A stretch of 64,000 nucleotides of DNA from Laetmonice hystrix (Eukaryota). A program made the translations under genes and the position numbers. The stretch is taken from the NCBI GenBank assembly GCA_965235115.1, contig OZ249437.1:35898001-35962000 (forward strand). The letters run 5' to 3'. Below, piece by piece: positions 60,201 to 64,000 of this stretch; the first letter of the stretch is position 1; each line of letters opens with the position of its first letter. A model generated the notes under the pieces. That model was given only the letters and a program-made list of their open reading frames with translations, had not been told where the DNA came from and searched no databases.

Positions 60201-62859
60201 TCCCCACCCAGCTCCCTATATTGCTGATTACAAAAAAAACCTGCGTGCGCTTATTAAGAGAATGAGTTTTAATTCGACAAATATCATAAAATAATCATGC
60301 ACCTGTTTGGATCTGGTAAGGTAACTGTGTAACCTCTTCACTTAGAACGGAACGGTGGCAGTTAAAATTCCCCCTCGCAAACTTCTAGTAAATGCATCCT
60401 TTGTCCCCGAGTTGCAATAAGCATGTTGACATATAAAGGTCCCTCGGGACACACGGAGATCTGAGTGACAAAGACTTGGCTTGAGTTCACCCCACTGAAG
60501 ACCGGCGACAGCGCACCCGTTAGTGTGGTCGGTGTGTGTGTTTGGGGGGCGGGGGGGGGGGGCTGCTCGCAGGGGGTCTGTCCCTGGCCATGGGATACCA
60601 GAACTCCTATTAACCTGGCTATTGGCCGGGATACGTTCCTGGTAACATATGTTGGAAATACGGTTGACTCACAGTCGTGTTTTTCCTGTCACCTGGTTCT
60701 ATTGGAGTGTAGGTGTATGAGTGTAGATTAGAAAAGAAGGCTGAATGGGGTATTTTGTCCCCGAGTTCGGCTAGCCCAGTCCGAGGTGAATGGCATCTAT
60801 TCTTGCTGATCCCAAAGCGTACATCCTTAGAACTTCTAACACAATCTCGGCGGAGCGTCTACAGGTATGGCCTATCTACATCAGGTTCTGTGCTATCTTA
60901 AAAGGTGCAAATTATATATCCAGCAGCAGATCTGTTCTACATACCACCTCAGCGGAGGACTCAATCAGCTCTTGAGCTACACACAGCTCAGCTCAGAATC
61001 AGCTGGTTTTGGTCCACATTCTCCACAGATCCATGCCTGAAGGCACTGAGCCCTTGCTGCGTGCTGGCAATAACGTGCTGACCGCCGACACACTGAGCAT
61101 ACAATGAAAGACAATGTGTGGGGAAACTGCCTGGAAGATGACACGTCAAAGTCTCAGAGACTACCTGGGGAATCTCGTTCGTGACCTAGGTTCATGACCT
61201 TTCTCGCCCCAAAACGCTTCCTTATAATTCACTAAATTATCTGTTTTCACCTAGTATATGACTATCAATTTATCAGTGAGCCATGCTATACTGTCCATTA
61301 CTTTCCTATAACGATGTCATCGTCTATAAATATGTAATAAGAGAAGGAGAGCACTTAACAATATCATACCACTTGCATTCGCCTTAAGTACATAATTCCA
61401 ATTTTGAGTGGGGATTAGGAGCACACCTTTAGTACCACGGAAATTGGGCCAATTGCTTGCCCTACACAGGTCAAAGGTTAAGGGTTACTGAAAGGGCCAG
61501 TCAATCATCTCTGTTACAGTTAGCATTACAGGCAGCTGGGGGACATGATCATACAACCATCATGCAACATGAACCCTACCTGCATGCAATCTATGCAGTA
61601 CGTATGAGACGGCTATATGCCGACAAAAAATGTCACCCTCATACCATGATACATAGACAAAGACACATCACTGTAGCTGGTGTTCCTTCCAAAGGTAAAT
61701 GATTCCCTTGCAATATTCACAGGAAGATTCTGCCTTATTGCGACACAGTTCATCTGCTAAAATAGAATGTCGTATGCCTTCAGTATGCAGTTGGTCAGCT
61801 CTGAGAAGATTTGACTAATGAGACGCCTTTTAACATTTAACATAAAACAGTGACTAAAATATTCATGCTACTGAAATCAAAACGATATCCTTTCAGAAGT
61901 AAGGACCTAAGGACGGGCAAGGAAGCATGACAAAAAATTGGAGAATTTCTGTTTTATAAATGTAAAAAAAAGACCGAAATGAAAACCTTGGAAGTTGGAA
62001 GACCTACTTATAATTATATCCTGCCTTCCTGGAACATCTTCCCAATTTCTAGCTTGTAGCAACGTGTATAGACTACGATCTGTATTAATTTGGAGACACG
62101 AAACAATCCCCTTGGTCTCAACGTTTCACCGACCTGCAGTACAAAGTCAATGTCCTGGCGGGTTGATCCATCAACGTGTCACTAATCTATCAATAGCTCG
62201 ACTCCCTGACACATACACATGCCCACAGAGACCTCTCTTGATGTGTCAGAAGGAGAAGACGTGATTCTGAGCTGATTACACCCAAACCTCCCAGCCGCCC
62301 ACCAACCAGAACGACAGGCCCCACCCCCTACACACACCAAACCTCACCCCTTCTCCATCTCTTCGGGTCTCCGTGACCCGTTACACTGAAGTCGCCCATT
62401 GGTAGAAACCGACTTGGGTCTCCTGGTGTCCTTTAACCGGAACTAATTAAGTAATAGATCACCACCCCGATGAAAACCCAATTGTGGCCAGTGTCAGCCT
62501 GTTCCCCGCCCCCAGTCTGTGGAATCCCACGTTCTGCTGTCAATGAGGTGAATCCTAGGACTTTGTATGTGGTGAGCACCGTTCATCAAAGCGTTCAACC
62601 GTGGTCATTTCTTAACACACGGTGTCCTTCTGAGAGGGCTACAACAAAGTAGTATTGCAAATACTTTATACCTTGAGCAGTGGTTAAAACATATAACATA
62701 AATCAGTCCTCAATGAGAATCAAAGATGTTCACATTCACTGTGTGGATTTGTTCTGGTTATTTGGGGGAATGCCTAGAAACTACCAGGGGGGTAAACCAA
62801 TTATTTGCCAGTTTGGAGAACTTTATTAACTTGGGAAATACATGCAGTGACACAGCTAA

Positions 62860-62999
62860 AATTAACAAATACAAACTAGGCCCCATTATTCAGCTACTCC
62901 CCCAAAAAAATTTCCAGGGGAAAATATTTTGCATTACTCTCCCCCCCCCCAAACTCGCACCATTCCCGCCAAAAAGTCGAAAATCTCCAGGAAACCCTG
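62860..62999. mobile_element. Truncated poly-C MITE end related to the 4798 element
   Basis: Ends in ggaaaccctg, the reverse complement of cagggtttcc. The matching left TIR was not found. Confidence 0.4.
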
Positions 63000-64000
63000 A
63001 TGCACCCTATCCTTTATAAGGTACATGTACAATTCTGCAGTAATAAATATAAGTGATCAGCTATGCACACTTGGAATTAACAAAATAAACAGTCTTTAAA
63101 AGACTCATTCCTGCTTTCTTTTATCCTCTTATTATTAAACTTTAAAGCTAAAGAAAACAACCGGTTTTGGCTGCATCAATAATGTACATATATTAATAGT
63201 AATACGTCACATTTTAGAACAAAGAGAACAAAGAAAAAGTAAGGTCTTGCTTATAAACGTTTTGTTGTTTGACTATTCTAGGGTTAATCCCCAAAATGAC
63301 TCAGGGCTGGGTACATGTGTACCTTTGGTAGTCATTAATTGAGGCTGAATCAGATCTGGACATGTGCCTTTGCCGTTGTAAAATGGGGTTGCAATCTGAT
63401 TAGCATCAAAATGGATAATGGCTGTTGTCGCGGTGGGGTGTTGAAACTGCACAAGAAAAGGATTTTAAGGGGGTTATTTAAAACTAAACCAAATAGGCTT
63501 AGAGTGTGCTTAGTAATCCTGCCACTATCTAGACATACCATGTACTTAACTAGGATCTAGATTGGGGTTTAACACCTCAGCAATACCCAGGGTTTTATCA
63601 AGGCAATTACACAGAACCAGAGTATTTGAAAGAAACCCCCTCCAAACTTGCAGCAAGTAACTCATGCACTCGGATCATACTCTAATCAACATTGGAGGAC
63701 AAGTTAGTTTTTATACCACTCACAAACAAGTCATCTTCTCAGGCTTCTGAACGGCTATGTTTCTATTTAATCCATTACCATTGCAATCCACGTCAAAATT
63801 ATTTGTTCAGTGCCGTTGCTAGGAGTTGAAGTTATTTTGTTGTTGTTAACAAGCAGAGAAATGTATTTGCATTAACCTTATCTCCCCAGGCTTTCTGGAC
63901 CTTTGTCTCATCTTGGAGGAATAAGAGATGAACTGAAAATCGCTAATACACATTGGGCAATGTTTGTTAGGGGGAGATCATTCTTTGTCCTCCCCCCCAG

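Noticed and set aside
60840-61040. GMAYLH kinase-like hexapeptide, and alternatively a CR1/L2-like 3' remnant
   Set aside because: No HRD or DFG motif or splice context follows. The LINE resemblance needs several frameshifts and is too weak to call.

Overview
AT-rich, intron-rich animal genomic DNA. The intron positions, the Helentron-type elements and the poly-G MITEs suggest a marine invertebrate deuterostome such as an echinoderm (inference). Three host genes can be rebuilt by hand from GT-AG exons. (1) The first five coding exons of ZNG1/CBWD (Zn-chaperone GTPase) lie on the - strand at 4094-6355, and the gene runs off the left edge. (2) A long, about 28-exon CCDC17-like gene lies on the + strand at 9431-21291, head-to-head with ZNG1. 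(3) RAB23 is complete on the - strand at 25159-48415, with 7 coding exons and two very large introns. Upstream of RAB23 is a full-length, very young DIRS1-type tyrosine-recombinase retrotransposon (- strand, about 51166-56495) with gag, RT, RNase H, adenine-methyltransferase-like domain, YR, non-identical ITRs and a perfectly matching ICR. It shows several candidate expression signals: a 5' leader intron, an in-frame G_GAU_UUU -1 slippery site joining gag to pol, a polyA signal overlapping the YR stop codon, and a perfect 5' splice site in the terminal repeat that points towards the RAB23 acceptor. RAB23 intron 2 holds a Russian-doll nest: Tc1-like MITE > Helentron-type HINE > foldback element with about 390-bp TIRs > decayed L1/Tx1 cargo > hAT-like MITE. 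The foldback+cargo module has a near-identical second copy in the ZNG1 intron at 1-2210. A set of CAG...CTG poly-G MITEs carries clean 5-bp target duplications. All exon, repeat and motif calls were made by eye, without database searches.
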